A stretch of DNA of 32,000 bases from Candidatus Saccharimonadota bacterium (GCF_003351905.1 NZ_CP022339.1:480001-512000), one strand, 5' to 3'. Positions 1 to 9,167 are shown, numbered from the stretch's first letter. The notes: generated by a model not told the origin, from the letters alone. Program-made: numbers and translations.

Positions 1-19
1 CCCATTTTGTAGGGATTGA

Positions 20-80
20 TTTTTGGTTACTTCCTTATCAAGGAAAAAGTAGAAATAAAAATGCCTTACGAAGCAATGGC
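20..80 (-). repeat. Degenerate copy C of an intergenic A/T-hairpin repeat family, inverted relative to the copies at 9201 and 15758
   Basis: tttttggttacttccttatcaaggaaaaagtagaaataaaaatgcc aligns by eye with the reverse complement of 9217-9261 (ttttttgtccacttttttatcaagaaaaaagtggaataaaatgca). It lies just downstream of the stop of the minus-strand gene ending at 274. Boundaries are approximate. Confidence 0.4.
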
Positions 81-273
81 GTGAATAGATAGCTATTTGT
101 TACTGTTTCGATACACCTGGTTCTAATGATTCCGTTCTCTTTCCAAGCCTATTGCTCGGCTATATGGAGTGAGGTACAATTTCATTGTTAACCAGTTACT
201 CTCTTCTTAGCTAAATTCCATTTGTAGCTTGCTTTATCTATTTCCAATAGGTATCTCGTCCACTGTGTTGCTT

Positions 274-3200
274 CTATTTAGGTGGAGACAAGATTTGCTG
301 ACAAAGCGCTTCCATTTCCGGTATCCAGTTCACCATATTGTTTTGTTTAGCCCAAGGGATATAAAATGTTACCGTTTCCTGCGCAACTTTTAGTTGAGCT
401 GTGTATTTACGTGCAGATAAAGTTCTTAGGTTATGCAACCTATCCGCTAATTTGATTTGCATCACACGGATATCCTTACATTGATGTAATGCCAGATGCC
501 TTTCCGATCGATCTAGTTTCCGTCGATAACCCTGTGTGGTGTAATGCGTCACCATACCCACGATATGAGCTATTTCTGATCCATATAATAGTTCTATTTG
601 ATCTAGGGTAACAGCTGTATCCTCTACGGTGTCGTGCAATAAGGCCGCTAAAAGCGTTGTGGGGTTTTGGGTCACCTCTAAGGTAAGTTTCGTGACGGCC
701 ATCGGATGCGTGTAATAAGGATCACCTGATTGACGAGTAGCTATCCCATGGGCTTGCTTGATAAAAGCAAGCGTTTGCTCTATTTTTTCTTGTGTTAATG
801 TGGTTTCTTTCACCAACAAATGGATTAGTTCCTTTTCTTGCGCTAGGCTTTCAACTGTTTCTGCTACTTCTTGGAATAAGTCTTCCATGTGGTGCCTTTT
901 TAAGCGCATGACTTTTTTACCACATAAAGGTAATACATAAAGGAAAGTCAAGTTTTCTGCTGTCTCTGTTATTGCTGTATATCCGCCATGGGCTTGTATT
1001 ATTTGCCTGCTTTCTACTTGATACAAACTATGTGTCTCTTTAGGTAAATAAGCTGCAATCACTTCATCGGTCATTACATAAGTAGGTAGCAGATTGGGCG
1101 TAGCTGTATCTGTAGAAATACAAAAAGCCAGTGCAGGGAGTAGGGGAGGGCTGAGTGGTTTGATGTTGTCTATAGCTAACTGGTTATCTTTATGGGCATG
1201 GTACGCCAATAAGGTATCTGCTATCGTTAGGGTAATGATATGGTTTGTCGCCTGTTTGCTTTGGCAAATTTCCCAAAAATTTATAGTGAAACATCGCTCA
1301 ATAAGCGCAGATGCGGCTAATATATGGGTCGCTTTAGTTTGTTTTCTTACTAGTAATTGAAGCGGTTTGGATAGGTCACGAACCGTTTCATACGCTTTAA
1401 AGATCGCTGCGTCGATATCTACTTGTTGTAAAGATTGGGGATCCAAAGTCAGCGTGCGTTCTTCTTTCGCTCTCTGTAATAAGATGCGGCTCAAGGCGTA
1501 GAGCTTCTGTTTTTGTGCATCTACACATTCAATATCAGGCTCTAGTGTATCAGCTATTTCTTGTAGTATTTTGCCATTATAGGTAGGATCTAAACGATTC
1601 CAGTTGGCTTGGTTATGCATGGATGTTAAGATAATACTCCTTTCGTAGTTTCTGGTTAGTTCAATAATTTGACATTTTAGTTGGATTTTGCGTCTTGCAT
1701 AGTGATAGGTTAGACAACTGATCAGGGAAACGCATGTGATGGTTACGGCGCTTACCCATTCTAGTGTAGTAACTGCTCTATCTAACCAGATGACCTGAAG
1801 CGGTAAACCAGCTATCATCCACCTATTGATAGCCAGTACTATCGCCAACATCATAAGCACTATAGGTAAGGGCAGTAATAGGCTACTTAAAGCAATATTG
1901 GCGATGATGAGTGCACAGGATATAGGGGCAAAATGACTGAGTGTAGCAAATGTAAAAGCTGAAACAAATAAAACTATATAAAGTAAGATAGGCCATAGTC
2001 CATCTAAAAAAGCATGGCTCCCTTTGTGATAGTTATGCCAAGCAGGATAGAAAGTAATTAATGTGCCTATAGCCATAATGGCTATATACCAATAGATATA
2101 CAGGTACAGATAGGTTTTTTGTATATACAAAAGGGATATAGAACTATAGATAATCAGGTAAATACCAAATGCAATAAAAGTAGAAGTATGCTTAGGGAAG
2201 ATGCTAGACCAATAATATTTTGTAAAAATAGATTGGATATATTTTATTTTTCTTAACCACCAACGCTTAATTTCTTGATTTTGTAGTTGTACGGGACTAT
2301 CATCTAAAATATTTACCCAACCTGTGTGTGCCCTTTTAGGTAGGAGGTAGTGTAAGATGAACAATATAAAAGTATTTGTTATCACAGATTTAAATATGTC
2401 ATGTTGCTCTATAACTTCTCCTTTTATAAAGATGGTATAGGCGGTTAGTGTGGTATTAAGCCCCATAGTGCATAAGACCGTAGCCGCACGAGGTCTAAAC
2501 CCAAAGCAAGCTATAATAAATGGAACGGTAATAGCAGAAGTATAAAATAATGCTGCTTTGTTTAGAAGTTGGATAATGCTTGTCGTATAAAGCGCAGTGA
2601 TCAGACTCAATAGGCCTATGGTTGCAGCGGTAATACGTGCTGTTTTAAGAGATGCTTTACGAAGTGCGCTAAATTTTTTAAATAAGAAAGGAAATAGGTC
2701 ATTGGTACATAAAACAGATGCAATATGTAAGTCAGAGTCAGCAGTGGACATTAATAAAGCAATAATGGATGATACCAGAAACCCTTTGATACCCAGAAAG
2801 TAATCGAGGTCTATAATATAGTCTATGACCTGTTGCCCTGGAGGTAGGATGTGCCCACCTATATGTAGCATAATGGCAACCATACAGGCTAGTATAGAAA
2901 ATAGGATACGTATGGCCGCAGTATTGCAAAAGACCTTGGTGGCATGTTGCACGGAGGTAGACATATACATACGTTGAATAAGTGATGGATTAATGGGAAA
3001 TAACATTAAAGTTGCATAACTGCTTAGGGTCTGGCCAATATTATGCCATGTAAAGACCTTTATGGGATTAAACTTTGGTATTTGTATTAATGCTTTCCAC
3101 GCATCCCATGGATGTGAGGTGTGGTATAGAAGGACAAGAATAATAACTGGCAGACAAATGAAAAACAAAAAAAACTGGTATACATCTGTAAATGTTACCG

Positions 3201-3723
3201 ACTTAGCGCCTCCAAATGAGGCATAAACAATCACAATACAAGATAAAATGATTCCCCATAGCATAGACCCATTTTTTATGGTAGGGAAGACAATAGGTGC
3301 TATACTTAAACCTACTTTAAACTGAATGGCCACGATCGCAATGGCCATAAGTACGCCAAAAAGTGCTGTAATGATGCGAATAGCTTGGCCATACAACATA
3401 CCCATTGATTCAGCTATAGAAAGATGGCCTATAAAGGATTTCATTCTGACAATCATCAGGCGAGCAGTTATATAAAAACCTATAGGAAAAACTAAATCCC
3501 TCATTAATGTGTACAAGCCCTTATGATAGTGGGCATTTAGCCTAGTAGTTAAAAACCCACCTCCATAAACAGTAGCTATTAAAGAAGCCGTTAGCACAAA
3601 CGTAGACATCTGTCTATTCCCTACCGCGTAGTCTTTAAAGGTCGTAACCCCTTTGCTACCATATAGCCCAACAGCCAGTATGGTCGTCAAGCATACCGTT
3701 ATAATGATCCAATCAACATACAT
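274..3723 (-). CDS. Multidomain membrane protein: SSF/SLC5 sodium:solute symporter, ~6-TM block, degenerate histidine-kinase-like core, RelA/SpoT-type HD hydrolase domain (catalytic motifs intact)
   Basis: 1149-aa ORF. The N-terminal ~470 aa carry SSF hallmarks (GGAKSVTFTDVYQ, QRMYMSTSVQHATK, LLMSTADSDLH). Residues ~500-690 form a second hydrophobic block. Residues ~690-935 resemble a DHp+HATPase_c core (TSMHN with His codon at 1615-1617; IIQAHGGYTAITE..FLYVLP), but I cannot recognise N/G1/G2 boxes. Residues ~985-1149 match the RelA/SpoT HD hydrolase pattern: SGDPYYTHP, LLHDTVEDT (nt 616-642, HD codons 631-636) and IKLADRLHNLRT. Confidence 0.8.
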   Translation of the reverse strand: MYVDWIIITVCLTTILAVGLYGSKGVTTFKDYAVGNRQMSTFVLTASLIATVYGGGFLTTRLNAHYHKGLYTLMRDLVFPIGFYITARLMIVRMKSFIGHLSIAESMGMLYGQAIRIITALFGVLMAIAIVAIQFKVGLSIAPIVFPTIKNGSMLWGIILSCIVIVYASFGGAKSVTFTDVYQFFLFFICLPVIILVLLYHTSHPWDAWKALIQIPKFNPIKVFTWHNIGQTLSSYATLMLFPINPSLIQRMYMSTSVQHATKVFCNTAAIRILFSILACMVAIMLHIGGHILPPGQQVIDYIIDLDYFLGIKGFLVSSIIALLMSTADSDLHIASVLCTNDLFPFLFKKFSALRKASLKTARITAATIGLLSLITALYTTSIIQLLNKAALFYTSAITVPFIIACFGFRPRAATVLCTMGLNTTLTAYTIFIKGEVIEQHDIFKSVITNTFILFILHYLLPKRAHTGWVNILDDSPVQLQNQEIKRWWLRKIKYIQSIFTKYYWSSIFPKHTSTFIAFGIYLIIYSSISLLYIQKTYLYLYIYWYIAIMAIGTLITFYPAWHNYHKGSHAFLDGLWPILLYIVLFVSAFTFATLSHFAPISCALIIANIALSSLLLPLPIVLMMLAIVLAINRWMIAGLPLQVIWLDRAVTTLEWVSAVTITCVSLISCLTYHYARRKIQLKCQIIELTRNYERSIILTSMHNQANWNRLDPTYNGKILQEIADTLEPDIECVDAQKQKLYALSRILLQRAKEERTLTLDPQSLQQVDIDAAIFKAYETVRDLSKPLQLLVRKQTKATHILAASALIERCFTINFWEICQSKQATNHIITLTIADTLLAYHAHKDNQLAIDNIKPLSPPLLPALAFCISTDTATPNLLPTYVMTDEVIAAYLPKETHSLYQVESRQIIQAHGGYTAITETAENLTFLYVLPLCGKKVMRLKRHHMEDLFQEVAETVESLAQEKELIHLLVKETTLTQEKIEQTLAFIKQAHGIATRQSGDPYYTHPMAVTKLTLEVTQNPTTLLAALLHDTVEDTAVTLDQIELLYGSEIAHIVGMVTHYTTQGYRRKLDRSERHLALHQCKDIRVMQIKLADRLHNLRTLSARKYTAQLKVAQETVTFYIPWAKQNNMVNWIPEMEALCQQILSPPK

Positions 3724-3935
3724 GGTTTCTACCTAATATTATGTTTGCGCAATAAATTTTATTAGCCTAATTACCTTTTGACTTTGAATAATATAAGTAT
3801 TATAACTTTTTTCTGTAAAATATAAAGTATATTGTAGCTACACATTTAGTAGCGTTTTATTGTAAGCATTACAAGAAATAATGTACAGAACTCAAGGGGC
3901 CATGAATATTTTTTGCCTTTTTAACGTTTGATTTT

Positions 3936-6900
3936 ATGGTATGCTTTCATATGTCTCTTGTAATCATAGGGGCTTTTTTGTTGTTGACTTTGGCAGTAGG
4001 TATCTACTTTAGTAGAAAAAAAACCTCTTTTAGAGAACATGCTGTGGGGAATAAGCAATTCGCTACGGCTACTTTAGTGGCTACGGTGTTGGCTACTGCT
4101 TATAGTGGAGGGGGGTTACTACGTACGGTAGAGTGTGTCTATAATCTGGGTCTGTGGTGGATAGCCATTACCCTTATAACATGCTTAGATGCCTACCTTA
4201 TTAGTAAACTAGCGTTACGTATGGGGCCATTTATGAATCACCTTTCTATGGCAGAAACGATAGGGTCCATTTATGGTAAATATCCAAGGATTATGGTTGC
4301 GTTGGTTAGTGTTTGTGGTGCTATAATTGCAATTACTATGCAAATCACTGCAATGTCCAAGGCTATTACCATGTGTATAGATACCGTTAACCCTAACATA
4401 GCTGCTATGATTTCTACCTTAGTGCTTATTTTTTACTCCACTTTTGGGGGTGTTCGTGCGGTGACCTATACAGATGTATTGCAGTTTATAACCTTTTCCA
4501 TTATTATTCCTTTACTAGCTTGGTTTATGTTTATTAAAACAGGCAAGTCAACTGTAGAAATTGTTTCGTTTCTAGGGGGGTATACTACTAAATTTCAATT
4601 TAGTAGCTTGTTTGGTTGTGGTAAGAAGCTCATAAGCATGGTGTTATTGATTCTCTCTTTTTTGATAGGTCGTATGTACCCATCTATCATACAACGTGTG
4701 TACATGGCTTCTGGTCCAATCCAGGCGCAAAAAGTGTTTGCGCATGTCACGATCTGTAGCGTTGCTATATGGAGTTTTATAATCTTGGTGGGTATATTCG
4801 TTTTTGTAGGCGCACCGGGCTTATCAGGTCCAGAAATTTGGACATATATAGTAAACAATGTGCCGCTTGTCTTTAAAGCTTTGCTTGCGGTTAGTTTGTT
4901 GGCTATGGCGATGTCTACAGCTGATTCTAACTTAAACGCCTCTGCGGTTATGTCTATTCATGATCTCCTAGGTCATATACCGGTTTCTAAAAATATAGCT
5001 CAGGTTAACCAACTGAGGTTAGCTAAATGGGCTACGTTAGTCATAGGCTTATTGGCGATGATACTAGCTTTTTATTGTAATGATTTACTTAAACTGATGT
5101 ATTGGGCCCTTAATTGCTATGTGCCCATAGTGATCGCTCCTTTTGTATTGGCCGTTTTTGGCTTTCGAGGCAGTTCCCGTACCGCTTTAATTGGTATGGC
5201 TGCAGGTGTACTGACTATGCTATCTTGGAACGAGTGGGTAGAACCTATCACATCCATGGATGGCTCCTTTATTGCTATGTTGGTCAATGCCCTGTTCATG
5301 ATGGTTGTCCACTATCTATTCAAACAGCCGGAAGGTTCCGGTTGGGTGCCGCCCCAGCGGGATGATATGGTGCATCAAATGAAGCAAGAAACGGCCCGTA
5401 AGCAAGCAGAGCGCAAAGAAACCATTCAAAATGCTTGGACAAATAAAAAAGATACTTTGGCTAAGCTGCAGCCCAGCCGTGTTACGCTAACCAGTCTAGG
5501 CCTCTATGTAGTGATCATTAATGTGCTGACCTACTTTATAGGCGCTATTACCGATCATAGTGGTTGGCTAATTGCACAACTCTTGGTAGGTGTTTGTTTT
5601 TTAGGGTATAGCACCTTTACAGAAAAGATATCCATTCCGCGTTGGGTAATGGGTTTATTTTGTGTGCTTGGTTTGTCTTTTTGCCTGCCTATCAATGTAC
5701 TTTGGCACTGGTGGCATGGTACCAATCTGCTCTTAACCCTAGGTATATCTTTGGCCCATTTGTCGGTCACCTTGTTGGTGCTTCCGCTTTATCTAAGTGT
5801 AAGTTTTTTAGTAGCTACCCTATGCATAGTGGCCTATCTTAGTCCTACCTACTGTACCAAGACACTGGTACTATCGCCATCATCTATTGTGTTGCTGTTG
5901 TTGCTCTGTTTGGGCGTGGGCTTGCTTATTTTTAGCATTTTTGTTTACCTAAAGGCCAAGAATAATCGTTACTTTGACCAAGTCATTTACCTAAAGGGTA
6001 GAGAAAGGTTTAGCACATTGCATAATTTCAAGGCAGCGCTGTATGACGCAGCTATGGCTCCTGGCTTGCGTGTACCGCAAGGACAGGGCTCTATTTTAGC
6101 GCAAGTAGTAGGTAAAGTGGAGGAATCGATCTCTTTTTTAGATAGTTATATGCCCCTTTATAAGCAAGATTTTCAAAGTATTATCAATAAGCTCTATGAT
6201 TGGGTAGCCTATTTTAATAAAAGAGAAAAGGCCAAAAACCATGCATTGCTACAGCCTATTAAAATTACTTTAGATAAGTTGATTCGTCAGGTAGAGGTTA
6301 CTTTGTCCCAAGAGGTCTCCCACCCGCCTAGGCTATTTGTAGCGCCCTCTAGTGAGACGCCATGCACCCATATTGTATGTGATATCCATCAAGTTGTTTA
6401 CTTATTGGTGCAAAGCATTTTACGGGTTAGTGGTCAGTTAGATGGTTCCAGTCTACCAGTTGTACGCATACACTTCCATCCCACTTCTTTACAATTCAAA
6501 CAGGCGGAGCCTATTGATGAGCGTGCACCTTCGGTGCTGCTTTTTCAGGCGATTGGGTTAGTCATAAGTAATGATCAGGCCACTCCAGCTTCATTGCTCA
6601 AGGTTAAGCCTTTATACGATGATAGGCTGGGTGTGATCGGCCCTGAGGGGAAGCAGGTAGTACCACCATCTATAGATCTTCGGCAAGACACGATAGTCAG
6701 TATGGTAGATGCCCATTATGGCTATTTGGAATACCCTGCTGATGGTAGTCAAGCAGCTATGCTGCTGGTGTTGCCTATTGATGTGGCCCATATTCGTGAT
6801 AAAATGACTACTAAGCTTCCTTTAGACTGCTTAACCTCAGACGCTCCTGTTACGCCTAAGGAGCAAGCCGATTCGATGATGGCCTTAATGCAGTTTCATG

Positions 6901-7523
6901 ATTATATCTGTCAATCTGCTCATTCAAATGATCCTGTAGATATAGGTACAATTTCAGGTTTGCTTTTATTGTTGCGGCAACATTTTGGCTTTAAGCGCCA
7001 TGCTTCGGGCCAATTGTTTTACGTGCGGGCGGTAGGTATTGCCACATTAGTGGTAGATTGGGTTTTTCATTCACCTAAGGTGATTTATGCCGCTTTGCTT
7101 TATGAATTGGTTCGGCATACTTGTTTGCCACTTTCTTATATCAAGCAACATTATAATTTAGGGGTCTATGCCTTTGTATTGAATGTAGTAGGCATAGATA
7201 AACGCCAAAGCTTGGATCATCCTTCCTTGCTGTATGTACAAAATCGGTTGAAAGCAGCGATTAAGGAAGACCATGTACAGCTTTCTGTTCTTTTTATTAA
7301 ACTAGCTGAACGGCTCTATGACTTGCGTCATGCATCAGGCTATGTGCATCTAGCAGAGGTGCAGCATATGGCGCAAGAAACCTTGTCCATAGATGTCCAA
7401 ATAGCCCATACATACTTAGGCTCAGAGGTAGGCACCACGTTGGAACAAGCCGCTAAACAGGCATTAGCGGTTTGTCAAAGTAAGCGGAAACAATCCTATA
7501 CCAAAAAGGATAAAGATAGATAG
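3936..7523 (+). CDS. Paralog of the 274-3723 protein: SSF symporter, ~6-TM block, degenerate kinase-like core, HD-like domain with all catalytic residues replaced
   Basis: 1195-aa ORF (alternative ATG at 3951). SSF motifs: GGVRAVTYTDVLQ, QRVYMASGPIQAQK, AMAMSTADSNLN. A second TM block follows. The kinase-like region contains STLHN (His codon 6021-6023), IVCDIHQVVYLLVQSILRV and VSMVDAHYGYLEY..LLVLP. The C-terminus aligns with the paralog's HD domain, but LLHDTVEDT becomes LLYELVRHT (YE codons 7101-7106), THP becomes VRA, and ADRLHN becomes AERLYD. Confidence 0.8.
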   Translation: MVCFHMSLVIIGAFLLLTLAVGIYFSRKKTSFREHAVGNKQFATATLVATVLATAYSGGGLLRTVECVYNLGLWWIAITLITCLDAYLISKLALRMGPFMNHLSMAETIGSIYGKYPRIMVALVSVCGAIIAITMQITAMSKAITMCIDTVNPNIAAMISTLVLIFYSTFGGVRAVTYTDVLQFITFSIIIPLLAWFMFIKTGKSTVEIVSFLGGYTTKFQFSSLFGCGKKLISMVLLILSFLIGRMYPSIIQRVYMASGPIQAQKVFAHVTICSVAIWSFIILVGIFVFVGAPGLSGPEIWTYIVNNVPLVFKALLAVSLLAMAMSTADSNLNASAVMSIHDLLGHIPVSKNIAQVNQLRLAKWATLVIGLLAMILAFYCNDLLKLMYWALNCYVPIVIAPFVLAVFGFRGSSRTALIGMAAGVLTMLSWNEWVEPITSMDGSFIAMLVNALFMMVVHYLFKQPEGSGWVPPQRDDMVHQMKQETARKQAERKETIQNAWTNKKDTLAKLQPSRVTLTSLGLYVVIINVLTYFIGAITDHSGWLIAQLLVGVCFLGYSTFTEKISIPRWVMGLFCVLGLSFCLPINVLWHWWHGTNLLLTLGISLAHLSVTLLVLPLYLSVSFLVATLCIVAYLSPTYCTKTLVLSPSSIVLLLLLCLGVGLLIFSIFVYLKAKNNRYFDQVIYLKGRERFSTLHNFKAALYDAAMAPGLRVPQGQGSILAQVVGKVEESISFLDSYMPLYKQDFQSIINKLYDWVAYFNKREKAKNHALLQPIKITLDKLIRQVEVTLSQEVSHPPRLFVAPSSETPCTHIVCDIHQVVYLLVQSILRVSGQLDGSSLPVVRIHFHPTSLQFKQAEPIDERAPSVLLFQAIGLVISNDQATPASLLKVKPLYDDRLGVIGPEGKQVVPPSIDLRQDTIVSMVDAHYGYLEYPADGSQAAMLLVLPIDVAHIRDKMTTKLPLDCLTSDAPVTPKEQADSMMALMQFHDYICQSAHSNDPVDIGTISGLLLLLRQHFGFKRHASGQLFYVRAVGIATLVVDWVFHSPKVIYAALLYELVRHTCLPLSYIKQHYNLGVYAFVLNVVGIDKRQSLDHPSLLYVQNRLKAAIKEDHVQLSVLFIKLAERLYDLRHASGYVHLAEVQHMAQETLSIDVQIAHTYLGSEVGTTLEQAAKQALAVCQSKRKQSYTKKDKDR

Positions 7524-7608
7524 TGTCTATGCAGCGGAGTGGTTTTTAAGTGATAATACGTTGCAACTGCTGGAAGAGATTTAGTTTTTGTTGCCTCCAA
7601 GTTAGGTA

Positions 7609-7734
7609 TCAAGAGAGGACCTCTTCTAGGAATTTGTTACCTCTTTCCGATTGCGTAAAATGTGAGTTTTGACGATATACCACGTAATGTCTGATTTGTC
7701 TCTCAGCTAAGTTATTGGTCAATGAAATCTGTCT
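7609..7734 (-). pseudogene. Remnant of a transposase C-terminus (IS66-family-like motif)
   Basis: Minus-strand translation gives RQISLTNNLAERQIRHYVVYRQNSHFTQSERGNKFLEEVLS*. This matches the IS66-type C-terminal pattern TNN.AER.IR....R.N..F..S..G......SLI. It is bounded upstream by an in-frame TAG, and no catalytic part of a transposase is present nearby. Confidence 0.5.
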
Positions 7735-7955
7735 CTAATTAATTTTAATTTATTTTATGGCTTTAAAACTATACCATACGGAAAATAAAATAAAAGTATG
7801 TCCGATTTTTTAGGCCATTATGTTGCGAATCACACAACTAAATATTCCATTCACTTTACAGATACCTTTTTCTTTTCCAAGCTATTTTTTTAACTTGCGT
7901 GCGGCAGATTCAGGTATGCGTTGCTAGCCTATGTTTTTACTTTATTATTTTGACC

Positions 7956-9167
7956 ATGCCCCATCCATTACCATCTTCTGGCACGCACACATGGGCAAGT
8001 AGCCATTTACAAGTAGCTACTGAAGTGGTACATGCTGGTGTATCTCCAGAATCCCATACAGGTGCTATCCTTACGCCTATTTTTCAATCATCCGTATTTG
8101 TACAGGAGTCCATTGAAACCTATTTAGCCAAGGGCCATTCTTATTCTGGGTCAAGAAACCCTACTGTTTCAGTGCTTGAAGAAAAGATTGCTACGCTGGA
8201 AAAAGCACAAGTTGCCTATTGCTTTGGTTCAGGCATGGCAGCCATTGTTACTACCATGGCCACTTTTTTACGCCATGGGGACCATTGTATACTCTCAAAC
8301 GGTTGTTATGCCACTACACAAGAAGTGGCACGTGACCTTTTTGGCCAACTTGGCGTAACTTTTTCTTTTGTAGACTTTTCCAGTCTAGTAGAAATAGAGG
8401 CAGCCATACAACCCAATACGAAAGTACTTTTTTCAGAATATCCGACCAACCCAACACTTACTTTAACCGATTTAGTTGCGGTTAGTGCATTGGCCCATCA
8501 AGTAGGTGCCAAACATGTGTGCGATAGTACCCTCGCCTCACCTATGGTGATTTGTCCGTTGAGCTTTGGTGCAGATATAGTGATTCAATCTACTACTAAA
8601 TACTACGATGGGCATAATATGACCATCGGTGGTGCCGTAGCATGTGCATCTGAAGAAAATGGGCCTCAAATTTTTGCTTATAGAAACAGACATGGGAGTA
8701 TCATGAGCCCTATGGTTGCCTTTTTGACTTTGCAATCCACTAAAACCATGCACTTACGCATACGAGAACAGTCTAGCAATGCAACACAGATTGCTGCATT
8801 TTTAGCAGATCATCCTAAGGTAGATAAAGTAGGGTATCCAGGATTGTTGGATTTCCCACAAAAAGCATTGGCAGATAGGCAACATAGTAATGGCCTGCAT
8901 GGTGGTATGTTATACTTTATACTCAAAGGAGGCGCCGATGCGAGTAGTAAATTTATGCAAGCGCTGTGTCGTCCATGGAGTTTTGGCGCCAATTTAGGTG
9001 GTGTAGAGAGTTTAATTTCCTATCCTCCTGTGATGTCTAATGGGACAATGGATGCTACACAGCTTCAAGCCATTGGCATAAGCGAAGGGTTTGTACGTGT
9101 ATCTTGTGGTATTGAAGATGCACAAGACCTTATCGATGCCCTGGAAGCTACTTTGCGTACATGCTAA
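7956..9167 (+). CDS. Cys/Met-metabolism PLP-dependent enzyme (cystathionine beta/gamma-lyase or gamma-synthase family)
   Basis: Family pattern VHAG...HTGAILTPIFQSSVF, GSGMAA, and the PLP-lysine motif QSTTKYYDGH. The ORF track starts at a GTG (7899). I prefer the ATG at 7956 (MPHPLP...) because the extension is a hydrophobic, non-homologous 19 aa. Confidence 0.75.
   Translation: MPHPLPSSGTHTWASSHLQVATEVVHAGVSPESHTGAILTPIFQSSVFVQESIETYLAKGHSYSGSRNPTVSVLEEKIATLEKAQVAYCFGSGMAAIVTTMATFLRHGDHCILSNGCYATTQEVARDLFGQLGVTFSFVDFSSLVEIEAAIQPNTKVLFSEYPTNPTLTLTDLVAVSALAHQVGAKHVCDSTLASPMVICPLSFGADIVIQSTTKYYDGHNMTIGGAVACASEENGPQIFAYRNRHGSIMSPMVAFLTLQSTKTMHLRIREQSSNATQIAAFLADHPKVDKVGYPGLLDFPQKALADRQHSNGLHGGMLYFILKGGADASSKFMQALCRPWSFGANLGGVESLISYPPVMSNGTMDATQLQAIGISEGFVRVSCGIEDAQDLIDALEATLRTC

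Noticed and set aside
3740-3747. TATGTTTG, a TAnnTTTG match, in the divergent intergenic region.
   Set aside because: It is on the plus strand only 17 nt from the minus-gene start codon and ~190 nt from the plus-gene start. This is the wrong geometry for either gene without TSS data.
7607-7618. tatcaagagagg on the plus strand, 340 nt upstream of a Cys/Met-metabolism gene. It resembles the 5' start of the SAM-I (S-box) riboswitch consensus (UAUCAAGAGAGG).
   Set aside because: The downstream consensus (GGAGGGA..GGCCC..GCAACC and the closing helix) is absent. The same bases are better explained as the end of the minus-strand transposase remnant.
7899-7955. A GTG-initiated 19-aa hydrophobic N-terminal extension of the Cys/Met PLP enzyme (MRQIQVCVASLCFYFIILT), which would look like a signal peptide.
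   Set aside because: Family similarity begins after the internal ATG at 7956, and cytoplasmic PLP enzymes of this family do not carry signal peptides. The extension is probably an artefact of the longest-ORF rule.
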